Assembly (NCBI GenBank): GCA_965215195.1
Contig: CBDCDC010000002.1
Coordinates: forward strand, 2,048,001-2,112,000
Length of the DNA stretch: 64,000 bases
Direction: 5' to 3'
Source of the DNA: Candidatus Latescibacterota bacterium
GTDB lineage: Bacteria; Latescibacterota; UBA2968; UBA8231
Part shown: in pieces, positions 28,118 through 38,384 of the stretch
How positions within the stretch are numbered: position 1 is the first letter of the stretch
Layout: every line of letters begins with the position of its first letter
The notes under the pieces: model-generated
The model's input: the letters and a program-made list of their open reading frames with translations, nothing else
Told to the model about the DNA's origin: nothing
The model's database searches: none
Program-made: the position numbers and the translations under genes

Positions 28118-28795
28118 ATGGTAGACTACCTATACATCGGGCATGGTGTTTATAGCGTGGCGGAAGCGGCCCGGCTGACGGGTGTTCCCGCCAGCACCAT
28201 TCGGCGTTGGACGCGAGGTTATAGCTACACCCGGAATGGATTTCGCTATGAGCTGCCGCCCGTGTTTGCTTCAACAGAGGGGGGGGAAAGCCCTATCTTG
28301 CGCTTTGTCGATCTTATCGAAGTCCGAGCCTTACGGGGTTTTCGCGAGAAGGGGGTACCGTGGCCGACCTTGCGCATTGCCGCGTACAAAGCAGCCCAAA
28401 TCACGGGCCATTCGCATCCCTTTTCGCAGCGCAGCTTTCGCACAGATGGCCGCCGCATTCTCCAGCAAGTGGAAGAGGAAGCACTGCACGACATCGTCAC
28501 CAATGAGCAGTACTTTGAGCACTTTGTCAGGACTTTTTTGCCCGATAACGAGCTAGATTTTTCGGAAACAGGTGCCCCGGTGCGTTGGCATCCTATGGGC
28601 CGGGATAGCACGGTCATCATCGAGCCTGCTCGTAGTTTCGGAGCACCGATATGCAGTCCCAGCGGTGTCCGCACCCGTCTACTGAACCGCACCTATCTGG
28701 CCGAGCAAGACATGCACCGGGTCGCTTGGTGGTACGATACCACTACTAAGGAAGTGTGCGATGCTATCGCATACGAGGCACAATTAGCGGCGTGA
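28118..28795 (+). CDS. HTH + DUF433 antitoxin (VapB45/Rv2018-like)
   Basis: YSVAEAARLTGVPASTIRRW helix-turn-helix; IIEPARSFGAP...GVRT; ends YEAQLAA. Confidence 0.82.
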   Translation: MVDYLYIGHGVYSVAEAARLTGVPASTIRRWTRGYSYTRNGFRYELPPVFASTEGGESPILRFVDLIEVRALRGFREKGVPWPTLRIAAYKAAQITGHSHPFSQRSFRTDGRRILQQVEEEALHDIVTNEQYFEHFVRTFLPDNELDFSETGAPVRWHPMGRDSTVIIEPARSFGAPICSPSGVRTRLLNRTYLAEQDMHRVAWWYDTTTKEVCDAIAYEAQLAA

Positions 28796-29217
28796 GATTT
28801 TTTCTCGACAACAACATCTCTCATCGTCTAGCTGCGGCGTTGCTTGCCCTAGATGACCGTGTAGAACGAGAGGAATGGGCGATAGAACATCTTAGAGACC
28901 GCTTTGCGCCGCAGACGGAGGATGTCACTTGGCTTGAAGCACTAGGCCGTGAGGGGGAGTGGATCGTGATCTCGGGCGATATTCGGATTTCTCGCAATCG
29001 GGCCGAAAGGGCTGCTTGGCGCGAGTCGGGCTTGACGGCCTTTTTTAATGAGATAGGCAGTGCTGCAAACTTCGGTGCGGTGGCCGTCGATGGTGAGGAT
29101 TTCTTTGGCCCGCCAGCACATGTATTGCTCGGGAGTGATCTAGCTCATCGATTGTTCCCTCGGTTTTTGAGAATAGGTCGGGTGAGATCGGAGAGGCGCA
29201 ATCGCTGCTTACCTTGA
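28792..29217 (+). pseudogene. VapC45-like PIN toxin, probably truncated near 29047
   Basis: GTGA overlap with the antitoxin; MRFFLDNN...EDVTWL...WIVISGDIRI...E; family similarity appears to end at GLTAFF and the frame runs 73 nt into the convergent gene. Confidence 0.6.
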
Positions 29218-29879
29218 TCGTCAAAATTGTCTGGGGCTAACCACGTCAGGAAGGCTTGCTCCAAGTCCGGCCATTCCGAATCAATGGCTGCGTACCACGC
29301 AGTGTCCCGATTGCGTCCGTTATAGACCGTTGCTTGGCGAAAAATCCCCTCAAACGACAATCCCAGCCGTTGGGCGGCCATCCGCGATGCTTGGTTCAGG
29401 CTGTCGCACTTCCACGAATAGCGTCGATAGCCCAATGCGAATGCCTTCTTCATCATGAGGTACATGGCTTCGGTGGCCAATGGCGTGCGCTGTAGCTGCG
29501 GGGAATAGTGGATGTGCCCCACCTCAATAGCACCGCTTGCCGGTGCGATGTTGAGATAGCTCGCGACACCGCACACTGCCCCAACACGCTCGTCCACGAT
29601 GGCAAAGAACAATGGATCGTCCCCTAGGCACATTTCGGTCATCCAGTCCCGGTAGCTGTCTTTGTCGGAGAATGGACCGTATGCCAAGTAGGTCCAACTC
29701 TGGCCCTCTGTATCAAAGGCGTTGGCCTGATACAGGTCGTCGAGATGGCTATCGACGTGCAGTGGTTCCAACCGACAGAAGCGACCTGCTATGCATTCTC
29801 TCGGCGGATTGGGTGGTGGCGTCCAATCCGGCAGTGCGAAGCTGATCGGCTGCCCAAGGCTATTGGTGCGTTCGCTCAT
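29145..29879 (-). CDS. GNAT N-acetyltransferase (RimJ/RimL-like)
   Basis: IEVGHI, LGYRRYSWKCDSLNQASRMAAQRLG..FEGIFRQ, GRNRDTAW. Confidence 0.9.
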   Translation of the reverse strand: MSERTNSLGQPISFALPDWTPPPNPPRECIAGRFCRLEPLHVDSHLDDLYQANAFDTEGQSWTYLAYGPFSDKDSYRDWMTEMCLGDDPLFFAIVDERVGAVCGVASYLNIAPASGAIEVGHIHYSPQLQRTPLATEAMYLMMKKAFALGYRRYSWKCDSLNQASRMAAQRLGLSFEGIFRQATVYNGRNRDTAWYAAIDSEWPDLEQAFLTWLAPDNFDDQGKQRLRLSDLTRPILKNRGNNR

Positions 29880-29952
29880 ATCAGTAGAGAAAGGGTCAAG
29901 TGGCGTTGGCCGCAGCGCAAACAAGCTGTATTGCAGAAAGCAGCTACGCTGG

Positions 29953-30555
29953 CTAAGTAAGCTCAAGCGTTTCGGCCCGCCATCTTCCTAAAGAGAAATC
30001 CCAACCCAACGACTGGCAAGTATCCCTCCACATCGCTCTCATGCCGTCGCTGTTGACAACCGGCACGTAACCAGCCTTCAAGTACGTCTTGATAGCTGCC
30101 AAGCGATAATATTCGGTATGCAGTTGTATTTTTGAGTATCCCGCCGCCAAGAACCTGTTTGTTGCGAATGCCGTGATCTGGAGACCAAGCCCTTTCCCTC
30201 TGTGATCCGGATCGCATGCAAGCCAGCCGACATCGCCGGTGAATGGGGCATCACCCAAATAATTGTGTAGGCACATCACCGTTGCGACCGGGAGTTGGCT
30301 GCAAGTGCAATAGATAAAGAACCATCCCTCCGGAATGATCCGGTTCAGAGTGTACGCGAACTTGCCTTCGTCCCATGAATCGAACTCGCCGAACTTCATC
30401 AGCTCAAAGAATCGGAACTCATCCCTAGGCCGATACGTGCGGATGGAATACCCGTCTGCTAGCGTCTCGGGCAAGTGATCGCGGAGACGAGAACGCGGCC
30501 ACCGCATAGTTAGCTGAGGCTTCTCCGGGAATGTGCGTCCCTCAAAGGTAGCCAT
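29953..30555 (-). CDS. GNAT N-acetyltransferase
   Basis: GWLACDPDHRGKGLG acetyl-CoA motif, AIKTYLKAGY. Confidence 0.85.
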   Translation of the reverse strand: MATFEGRTFPEKPQLTMRWPRSRLRDHLPETLADGYSIRTYRPRDEFRFFELMKFGEFDSWDEGKFAYTLNRIIPEGWFFIYCTCSQLPVATVMCLHNYLGDAPFTGDVGWLACDPDHRGKGLGLQITAFATNRFLAAGYSKIQLHTEYYRLAAIKTYLKAGYVPVVNSDGMRAMWRDTCQSLGWDFSLGRWRAETLELT

Positions 30556-30634
30556 CTGGATTATCTCTTTTTCCTGTAACTGCTTGTACCCGAACAATTG
30601 GTTCGGGTAGGTCAAGAGATAGTCTTGAGGTAGC

Positions 30635-31288
30635 TCAGACTACCGCATCGACAGACCCCGCCCGAGGTGCCAGTCCGTTCCAGCCATCGGCCACGGCGCT
30701 CGTCTGCTTGAAGAGCTGCAAAAGCGGTTCCCACATGGCCTCGCGTACGCGGCTGGCCGCTTCCACATCGCCGGCCATTAGGGCCTGCTTGAGCGCCCGG
30801 CCCCGCTCCTCTTGAATTTGTGCGCTCTCTTGTGCTTGAGCCGCTAGGGTGCGCACTGCATCAATGTGGCCGTCGATCAACTCGGCCACCGGCGTGGTCG
30901 AATCCGTCTCGGTATCGTAGTCGCTCGACGGCCTGAAGTGAGGCCGCTGACGCTCGCCCTTTTCGTCGTAGAACGTATGCGTCGGCTGGATGTGCGGCGT
31001 CACCGACAAGTACATATAGACTGGCTCGTCGCCGATGACTCGCACCGAGTGCGGCTCATCGGTTAGGGCGTAGCACATTTGCCCCGGTCCAACTTCTTTC
31101 ACCTCGCCGTTGATTTTGAACTCCACCCGACCCGACAAAATGATAAAGATCTCGTCGCCCAGATCGTGCGTGTGCCAAGCGTCGAGCGAGCCCGAGCCCG
31201 GCTCTAGGCGGCAGAAGCGAGCGCGGATCTGCGGCCTCACCAGAATATTGCGAATATCCCGACGACAGTCGTACACCTCAAATTCCAT
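30635..31288 (-). CDS. Cupin domain protein
   Basis: HTHDLGDEIFIILSG...PH; AGGAGG RBS before ATG 31288. Confidence 0.85.
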   Translation of the reverse strand: MEFEVYDCRRDIRNILVRPQIRARFCRLEPGSGSLDAWHTHDLGDEIFIILSGRVEFKINGEVKEVGPGQMCYALTDEPHSVRVIGDEPVYMYLSVTPHIQPTHTFYDEKGERQRPHFRPSSDYDTETDSTTPVAELIDGHIDAVRTLAAQAQESAQIQEERGRALKQALMAGDVEAASRVREAMWEPLLQLFKQTSAVADGWNGLAPRAGSVDAVV

Positions 31289-31473
31289 GTTCTCCTCCTT
31301 GAAAGGCAAGGACCGATTCACTACCCTGTGCTGGCATTGAGCTTCGACATCGCAATCAAGTCGAGGACGTGATCGTGGGGCAGAAGCGGAAAAGTGAAGT
31401 CGGCACAGGCCAATTTGAGTCTCATAATGCTTCCTCCTGCGCAAGATGTGTGGTGGAGAAAAGGTGAGTTCTA

Positions 31474-31585
31474 AGAAACCGTCGGGCTGCTTCGGCGTCC
31501 GGCGTTTTTCGCGGGCGAGACGCCCTCAATCCCAGCGGCTCGGAGTCAAGGCCGAGAGCGAAACCTTCGTTTTCAGATGGCTTCT
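31474..31585. mobile_element. MITE/REP-like element copy 2
   Basis: Reverse complement nearly identical to 40845-40949; imperfect TIR; begins in the TAG stop of the CRTAC1 gene. Confidence 0.75.
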
Positions 31586-33536
31586 AAAGCTCTCTTACCT
31601 CAATCAGTGAGTTGATTGCAATGGGGCCAGAGACAATCTGTTCCCTCCCCGAGGGCCAGCGCACGGCGATCTGATCGACCACTTCGGCATTGCCCAGCCC
31701 AAAGTAGAGTGGATAGAGACTTTGGGAAAGGTAGCCCGACTGTCCATCGTAGACTTTGGTATAAGTCTGGGTGCCAACTCGAACCTTCACCGTGGCACCC
31801 AGCCCGCTGCGGTTCGACGCTGTGCCGATTAGCTCAACCTTGAGAAAAGACAGGTTCTGCTTTTTAGCACTCAGATTGCTGATCAGCACAGTAGGCGCGG
31901 AATTAAAATCGTTGGTGACGATATCCAAGTCGCCGTCGTTGTCCAAGTCGAAGATCGCCGAAGAACGGCTTCCCAATGCGCCCCAAACCACAACAGCGCC
32001 GCTTCGGTCCTGACAGTGCTGGTGGTTGCGGTCTTTCCAAGCACAATCCAATTCGAACCAAGGCTGGGCCGTGCGTCCGCCGCGCCTGGGCTCTACACCC
32101 AAGATGAATTCGCTGTCCAAGAATTTTTCGCTCCGGTTGTTCAACAGAACAGAGTTGACCCCATAGCGGAAAGGGTAATTCATGCTGGAGGTTATAAAAA
32201 CGTCCTCGTACCCATCGGCGTTGAGATCGCCGACGCTGAATCCCCAAGGCCAGTAATTCTCAGCACCGATTTGGTCCGAAATTTCTTCAAAGTGCCCGTC
32301 GCCTCTGTTCAGGTAGAACGCATTGCCAAAGATGCTGTTGCCGCCGCTGCGCAGGAACTCTTCAGACCATTGCATGCGGGACTTGAGTTTTTCGCGCTCG
32401 ACTCCGATGTTTTCGCTCATGTCGGAATGCATGTCAGTGATATAGAGATCCATTTTGCCGTCGTTATTGTAATCGAAAACTTTGACTCCCATCGACCCCC
32501 AAGGGGTTTTGGGAAAAACCTCGCGGCTCTTGTCGACAAAATGTTTGCCCTCAACGTTTTCATAGTACTGGTCGTGTCCCTGCATATTCAAAACGTATAG
32601 ATCGGGCCAGCCGTCCTCGTTGACGTCGATGGGGCTGGCGGCACCCGACCAACTCCCGTCCTTCAAACCCACCTTTTCGCTGACGTCGGCAAAGCGATTA
32701 TCACCCTCGTTTTTGAAGAGGATGCTCGTTTCGGTGCGTTCGGGCTTGAGGTGCCCGCTGAAGCCGTCGTCGAATCCCGCATAGTACCTGTACGGGCTAT
32801 TTTTTTCGCTGCCGCTAGAACGGCTCGCCTTTTTAAGCTCGTCGGTAGTGTACTGGCCCACAACAGTGAGGAACATATCCAACAACCCATCGCCGTTATA
32901 GTCAAAGAAAACTGCGGCAGAGGGATGTCCTTTATAGTCGAGGCCGGAGTCTTTGGAAATGTTTTTGAATGTGCCGGTCCCGTCGTTTTCAAAGAGGACA
33001 TTGCCTTGGCGCAGGACGGTCACGTAGAGGTCTGGGTCGCCGTCGTTGTCGATATCGGCGAAAGAGGCCGATACCCCAATCGCTGCGGCCGCCACGCCCG
33101 CCCTCTGGGTGATGTTCTCAAATTTGCCACCTCCCAGATTCCTCCACAGTTCGTTGTCGCCAACTTGGGTGACAAAATAGATATCGTAGAGGCCATCCCC
33201 GTCCACATCGGCAATGGCTATCCCATTGCCGTGGTCGTAGTGATTCGGCCGGTAGTCCTTGCCCGAATCGGGAGTGATTCTGTTGCGGAAGCGGATAGCA
33301 CTGTCTTCGAGCTGGTCAGAAAAGGTAAAGTCGCAAAATACATCGAACTCGGTCGCGAGTTGAGCTTGTCTGCGACTTTCCAGCCATGGAGGATCGATGA
33401 TCTCTTGGGGAAAAGGCAACTGGAGTGGATCGGTTTGCCCGGTGGAAGTCGAAGGCTGGTCATCGCTATTGCAGGATGCGATAAGCAGCGAGCCGATGGT
33501 CGCGAGGATGGCTTGTGCCGTTGTTTGCCGTGTCAC
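31584..33536 (-). CDS. CRTAC1 family lipoprotein (FG-GAP repeats + ASPIC/UnbV)
   Basis: Lipobox IAS-C; repeated DxDxDGxxDLY blades; C-terminal GYLSQS..LYFGLG...VRWPSG. Confidence 0.92.
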   Translation of the reverse strand: MTRQTTAQAILATIGSLLIASCNSDDQPSTSTGQTDPLQLPFPQEIIDPPWLESRRQAQLATEFDVFCDFTFSDQLEDSAIRFRNRITPDSGKDYRPNHYDHGNGIAIADVDGDGLYDIYFVTQVGDNELWRNLGGGKFENITQRAGVAAAAIGVSASFADIDNDGDPDLYVTVLRQGNVLFENDGTGTFKNISKDSGLDYKGHPSAAVFFDYNGDGLLDMFLTVVGQYTTDELKKASRSSGSEKNSPYRYYAGFDDGFSGHLKPERTETSILFKNEGDNRFADVSEKVGLKDGSWSGAASPIDVNEDGWPDLYVLNMQGHDQYYENVEGKHFVDKSREVFPKTPWGSMGVKVFDYNNDGKMDLYITDMHSDMSENIGVEREKLKSRMQWSEEFLRSGGNSIFGNAFYLNRGDGHFEEISDQIGAENYWPWGFSVGDLNADGYEDVFITSSMNYPFRYGVNSVLLNNRSEKFLDSEFILGVEPRRGGRTAQPWFELDCAWKDRNHQHCQDRSGAVVVWGALGSRSSAIFDLDNDGDLDIVTNDFNSAPTVLISNLSAKKQNLSFLKVELIGTASNRSGLGATVKVRVGTQTYTKVYDGQSGYLSQSLYPLYFGLGNAEVVDQIAVRWPSGREQIVSGPIAINSLIEVREL

Positions 33537-33658
33537 AATCTGTGCCCCCTATCTAACTTTTTAATCCCATTTGAGATACACGACCAACCCGACCAAAAGA
33601 ATGCGCAGTCATTTTGAAGTCAAATAGACCGCCGGGCTCGCACTGCCCGGAGGTATCA

Positions 33659-36208
33659 TCACTCAGTCGCACTGCTCCCTTTGTGGAGAGCCTGCCGCAA
33701 GTTCTGTCGCAAGAGCACCAGCGGGCGCACTTCCCCGTAGCGGCCGACGTACTCGTCCACCACCTGCAGGCCGCCACTGTAATCGCCTTGAACCCCCATG
33801 AGGGAAGCCAGTCGGTAGTAAGCCTCCCACCTGCCGGGCTCGACCTCGATGATCTGGCGGTAGAACTCGGCGGACCATGCGGAGTCCCTGTACTTCTTTG
33901 TCAACTCATCCATCAAATCAATAAGATCGTCGTAGGTTGCGTCCCTACTAGTGCCGTAGGTATCTAACAGTTTTTGCACCGCACGCTCGGCGTATTCGAC
34001 GGCCAACGGGTGCTGGCCCATCTGCTGTAGGTACGTGGAGGCGCTGTAATACGCATGCCAGACGAAAGGGATGCGCTGGCTGGCCCACGCTAGAAGCTGG
34101 GCCAGTGCCTCATCCATGCCCTTTTGCCGATAGAAGTCAGCTAGCTGCATGACAGCGGCCTGGTAATTGAACAACAAGGGAGTGCTTCCGGGATCGCCGG
34201 TCATCTCCCGCCCAAGGAGGTTGCGCCATTGAAAGACGCGATACAAATTGCGTTCCATCTCCTGCTGGTCGAGTCCCGGCTCGCGCTCCCGGACTAGTCG
34301 GTACGCTAGGCCACTTAAAGACAGGTAGGGCGTTAGTCCGACTTGGTTTTCGACCGGCACTGCAACCGAAAAAAAAATGGGTCTTTTCCAGTCGTTCCAT
34401 TCGACAATTTTCAGCACCGCGATATCCTGAACGCGAAGCATGCGTTGCTCAAAGGGCACCACTTCAATTTTTAGGCCCGCCAGTTCAATAGTTGTAGGTC
34501 TAGGCCAGTGGCGCAGATCCAGATCAACCCGCTGGGTATCGGTCAGCACCGAATCGATATAAGTATCAGTGTAGCGAATGTCGATGGCGGGGAGACGCTG
34601 GCGCAACTGTTTGATGTACCAGCCGGTATTCAAAAGTCCCAGATGGACGACGCCCACATCCGGGCGAATGCCCTCCACTTCCTGCAGAAACCACAGCGGA
34701 AAGGTATCGTTATCCCCGTTAGTAAACAGGATGCTGTTGGGGGCACACGACTGCAGCAGATTGTACCCGTAATCGCGCCCCAGATAGTCTCCCGTCCGGT
34801 CTACTTGATTGTATAGCTTGACGCCCATCCCCACCGGTAGGAGAACGCCGGCCCCCGCTAGGGCCATCAGCCAGCCGTTGGAAAGGCACAAGCGCCGCCC
34901 CAAGGTTTCGACCAAGCCACTCCAACCCAAGCCCATCCACAAGGCAAAAGCATAGAACATACCAACAAAGACGTAGTGGCGTTCGCGCGGTTGTGGATCG
35001 GACATGTTCAGGTAGGCAGACAGTCCAAAGCCCATGGTCGTGAAGAGCACTAAGACGACCAGAAAGCGCTGCCAGTCCCTGCGGGCCTGCCACAGCAGAC
35101 CGCCCAGACCCAGCAGGTAGGGCAGAACCGAGACGGCTACTGACTGCCGGGAAGGATCGGTGGCCCGGCGGAATTCCACTGCGCTTTCCCCTAGAGGGAA
35201 TTGAAACTGTGCGAAAAAGTACTTCATCTGGAGGTGCCAAAACTGGTAGAGGCGCGAAGCCTTGGCCTCCAGCATGCCTACTAGCAGACTCTCCGTGCCG
35301 TATTGCTCGCGTCCAAGAAATTTGACAAGGGCAGCCCAAGTTTCTGGGTCGTTCTCATCGATGACCGGATTCAGTCCCGAGCGAATGTAGAGGGTCGCAT
35401 AGGTGGAATAACCTAGGCCGAAGAGCACCAGCGCGGCTATCAGCAGCCCGCACGAATGCCTGTCGCGGCAGTAGAGATAATAGAGGCCGGCAGTCAACGC
35501 CAAAATCAGCGCCATCCCGCCCGCCTTGCTCGGCCCCCATACCGCCATCGCGATCAGACCGCTTCCACCGAGGACCAGTAGCACCCCAATCAGTCGCCGC
35601 AGGCTCGAGTCGGCGCACCCAATCAGGATCAGGATCGCCGGAATAGTCAGTAGGCAGAGAAGATGGACCCCACCACTTAGACCGAACATATATGCGATGA
35701 ACAAAAGCCACCTGTAACTGTGCTTATCGAGCGGCCCGACCGACCAGCGCAGCACCAACCAGACGCTCAGACAAACAAAAAAAATGGAACAGGCATAAAC
35801 TTCGGCCTCAGTAGCGTTGAACCAGAATGTGTACGAACAAGCCAAAGACAGGGCGGCAACCACGCCCCCGGCTAAGGCCACCAGCCGCTGCCGCGGGTCC
35901 CGGCCGGTCTTGAGAGCGCCTTGGGCGAGGATAGCAGTGGTGGAGAAGACGCACCAGATGGCAGCGGCCGATACTAGGGGCGATATGAGCACCACGCGCT
36001 GCTCCGCCGAGCCGATGGGCAAAAGCGCGAAAAGCCGGCCCCACAGAATATAGAGAGGGGCTCCAGGAGGATGGGGTATGCCCAGAGTGTAGGCGCAGGC
36101 GATGAATTCGCTGCTGTCCCACAGAGAGATAGTGGGAGCCATGGTCTTCAGGTAGAGGCCCAAGGCAATAATGAAGACCCCCGCCCCGACTATATTTTGG
36201 TATCGCAT
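33659..36208 (-). CDS. DUF2723 / TMEM260-like GT-C membrane glycosyltransferase with C-terminal TPR-like helices
   Basis: WDSSEFIA...LGIPHPPGAPLY, FWFNATEAEVY, RERHY, FTNGDNDTFPLW..QEVEG.RPDV; many TM helices; start position uncertain. Confidence 0.9.
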   Translation of the reverse strand: MRYQNIVGAGVFIIALGLYLKTMAPTISLWDSSEFIACAYTLGIPHPPGAPLYILWGRLFALLPIGSAEQRVVLISPLVSAAAIWCVFSTTAILAQGALKTGRDPRQRLVALAGGVVAALSLACSYTFWFNATEAEVYACSIFFVCLSVWLVLRWSVGPLDKHSYRWLLFIAYMFGLSGGVHLLCLLTIPAILILIGCADSSLRRLIGVLLVLGGSGLIAMAVWGPSKAGGMALILALTAGLYYLYCRDRHSCGLLIAALVLFGLGYSTYATLYIRSGLNPVIDENDPETWAALVKFLGREQYGTESLLVGMLEAKASRLYQFWHLQMKYFFAQFQFPLGESAVEFRRATDPSRQSVAVSVLPYLLGLGGLLWQARRDWQRFLVVLVLFTTMGFGLSAYLNMSDPQPRERHYVFVGMFYAFALWMGLGWSGLVETLGRRLCLSNGWLMALAGAGVLLPVGMGVKLYNQVDRTGDYLGRDYGYNLLQSCAPNSILFTNGDNDTFPLWFLQEVEGIRPDVGVVHLGLLNTGWYIKQLRQRLPAIDIRYTDTYIDSVLTDTQRVDLDLRHWPRPTTIELAGLKIEVVPFEQRMLRVQDIAVLKIVEWNDWKRPIFFSVAVPVENQVGLTPYLSLSGLAYRLVREREPGLDQQEMERNLYRVFQWRNLLGREMTGDPGSTPLLFNYQAAVMQLADFYRQKGMDEALAQLLAWASQRIPFVWHAYYSASTYLQQMGQHPLAVEYAERAVQKLLDTYGTSRDATYDDLIDLMDELTKKYRDSAWSAEFYRQIIEVEPGRWEAYYRLASLMGVQGDYSGGLQVVDEYVGRYGEVRPLVLLRQNLRQALHKGSSATE

Positions 36209-36421
36209 GTCGGAGTTGAAGCTAACGGCGCGTGTGCTAGCCGATGCCAAAATTAACCGCAAAAGATAATGTTCCAAGTCATCCCTGTGAAATGATCGAC
36301 GATGAGGTAGAAGCCCAAAATCAGGCCCATAAAGAAGGGACGGGTTTAGTTGACAGACCGCTCAGATTATCAGAACATGTAGGCTCAACATGGACGGGAG
36401 GGAGACATAGGGGGCGTTGAC

Positions 36422-38368
36422 ATGCGAAAAACAATGAAGCCCCAATCGACAAGGCCGGCTGTGGTGGCGATCGCGGCGATCTGGATTGCGGCCATGGCGG
36501 AGACCGGCTGGGGAGAGGTGAGGCAGTGGAAGGTGGGAGAAGGCGGCGAATCCTGGGCTTCGCAGGAGCTGGCTTCGACAGCTCTCGACTTTTCCCAAGC
36601 GGGAACAATCAAGAGTTTGGGATTCGATCCCCACAACAACATCACCCAGCAGTTGAGCTGGGTCAGCGCCCGCCCGATAGGGTTTCTCGAAGAGCGTGCC
36701 CAAGCCCACGTCTGGGACAATACCACCTTGAGAGAGTCGCAACTAGTGATCGTAGATGGACGAGATACTACATCCACCGGGGATCGCTTCAAAGAATTTG
36801 GAGTTCAACAGAGCGGGAGGAGATTTGAGTTCGACCTAGGGACCCGGATTCCGATCAACAGAATCCTCTTTTTTCCACGTCCGTTTGGCGTCGACGATCA
36901 AGGACGACCTTATCGTGAGGATTTCATTCGCAGCTACAGTCTCTTCTCCAGCGACGGGCTGAGCTTTACCGAGGACAATAGACCGGATTACAGCCTCCTG
37001 CGGCAGGTGGAATTCACTCGTGAGGACACGGCCGAGGTCCTGTTCCCGCTACAGTTTATTCGCTTTATCCGCCTGCATATAAATTCTCCGAATCCATTTG
37101 AAGTCGCCGAATTTCAGCTTTTTGGGACTGGCTTCGCTCCCCAAGCCAGTTATGCCTCCAAAATTATTGACTTAGGGGAGGCGGCCAATTTCAGCCGGCT
37201 CGAATGGACGGTCGAGGGACTGCGTCAGGAGGGCACCAATCAGGTCGCAGTGGAAGACTCCGACACAGAAATCGCCATCCGGATGCGCACGGGGACGGAC
37301 GACAATCCCCGAGTTTTTTTTCGGCTGGTAGATCGCTTTACCCGGGAGCGAGAGGTAGTGACAGAGGACGAATACAACAAGTTAGGGCAAAACGAACAGG
37401 GCGGGTTTCAGGACGACCAAGTCAACTGGAGCCTCTGGTCATCGCCCTTTACCTCCTCCGGGCAGAGGATCACCCTGCCCAGTCCGCGTCGCTACTTTCA
37501 GTTCGAGATAGCCATGAAGAGTCAGGCCATTTTAGACGGCATACAGGTCACTTCTCTGAGCGTGGAGCACTCTATTCCGCCGCTGGCCCAGCAATTAATC
37601 GGAGAGGTCTCTGTGCTGGACGAGCCCCGTCCTCCGCGCAGTGTGGCCGTCGTGCCGGTCGGCCAGTTCGTCACCTTTGCCTACGATCTCATCGCCGATG
37701 TTGCGGGAACGGACATCGGCTTTGATGGCATCCGGATATTCACCCCCTCGTCGCAGCCAAAATTTGCGGAACTCTTCACAGGAGATCCTCCTGAAAAGGT
37801 AGAACCCGCCGAGATTATAGAGGAACTCGGCAGCCTGACCGTGCTCTTCCCCCCTTCCCAGCGGATAAACGGCCGAGACGTCCTGCAGATCATTTTTGCG
37901 GCCGAGGTGTTTGTCCAAGGGAGCTTCTTGAACGCCGAGGTCTTCGATACCCAAAGCGAAGAGGTCCCTCAGAGAGTTTTGTCGGGCGATGCCAACCCCG
38001 ACGTGACGACCAATACGCTGCGGGTGCTGACTACAGCCGAGTCCGCTAGGGAGATCCTATCCTCTTTCGCGGTCACTCCGAGGGTGTTCTCGCCCAATGG
38101 GGATGCGATCAACGAAGAGGCTTTGATCGCGCTCACCCTTTCACAACTGGTAGAACCAGTGGAGGTGGAGGTGGCAATTTTCGATCTGGCAGGTCGGAGA
38201 GTGCGGACCTTGGCTGGGGAGGAGCAAAGCGGGAATCACCTAAGGCCATGGGATGGACGGGACGATAACGAGGCACTACTTCCCGTCGGTATTTATCTGG
38301 TCAAGGTTTCGGTTCACGCCGACCAAGACAGCTTCGTGCGAGCGGAGACTGTGGGAATAGTGTACTGA
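36422..38368 (+). CDS. Secreted protein with C-terminal FlgD-Ig-like domain, paralog 1
   Basis: Signal peptide; discoidin-like segment; WSLWSSP, SPRRYFQF; VFSPNGD..NE, WDGRD...GIYLVKV, ends IVY. Confidence 0.8.
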   Translation: MRKTMKPQSTRPAVVAIAAIWIAAMAETGWGEVRQWKVGEGGESWASQELASTALDFSQAGTIKSLGFDPHNNITQQLSWVSARPIGFLEERAQAHVWDNTTLRESQLVIVDGRDTTSTGDRFKEFGVQQSGRRFEFDLGTRIPINRILFFPRPFGVDDQGRPYREDFIRSYSLFSSDGLSFTEDNRPDYSLLRQVEFTREDTAEVLFPLQFIRFIRLHINSPNPFEVAEFQLFGTGFAPQASYASKIIDLGEAANFSRLEWTVEGLRQEGTNQVAVEDSDTEIAIRMRTGTDDNPRVFFRLVDRFTREREVVTEDEYNKLGQNEQGGFQDDQVNWSLWSSPFTSSGQRITLPSPRRYFQFEIAMKSQAILDGIQVTSLSVEHSIPPLAQQLIGEVSVLDEPRPPRSVAVVPVGQFVTFAYDLIADVAGTDIGFDGIRIFTPSSQPKFAELFTGDPPEKVEPAEIIEELGSLTVLFPPSQRINGRDVLQIIFAAEVFVQGSFLNAEVFDTQSEEVPQRVLSGDANPDVTTNTLRVLTTAESAREILSSFAVTPRVFSPNGDAINEEALIALTLSQLVEPVEVEVAIFDLAGRRVRTLAGEEQSGNHLRPWDGRDDNEALLPVGIYLVKVSVHADQDSFVRAETVGIVY

Positions 38369-38384
38369 GGAAAGGACTGTTCCA

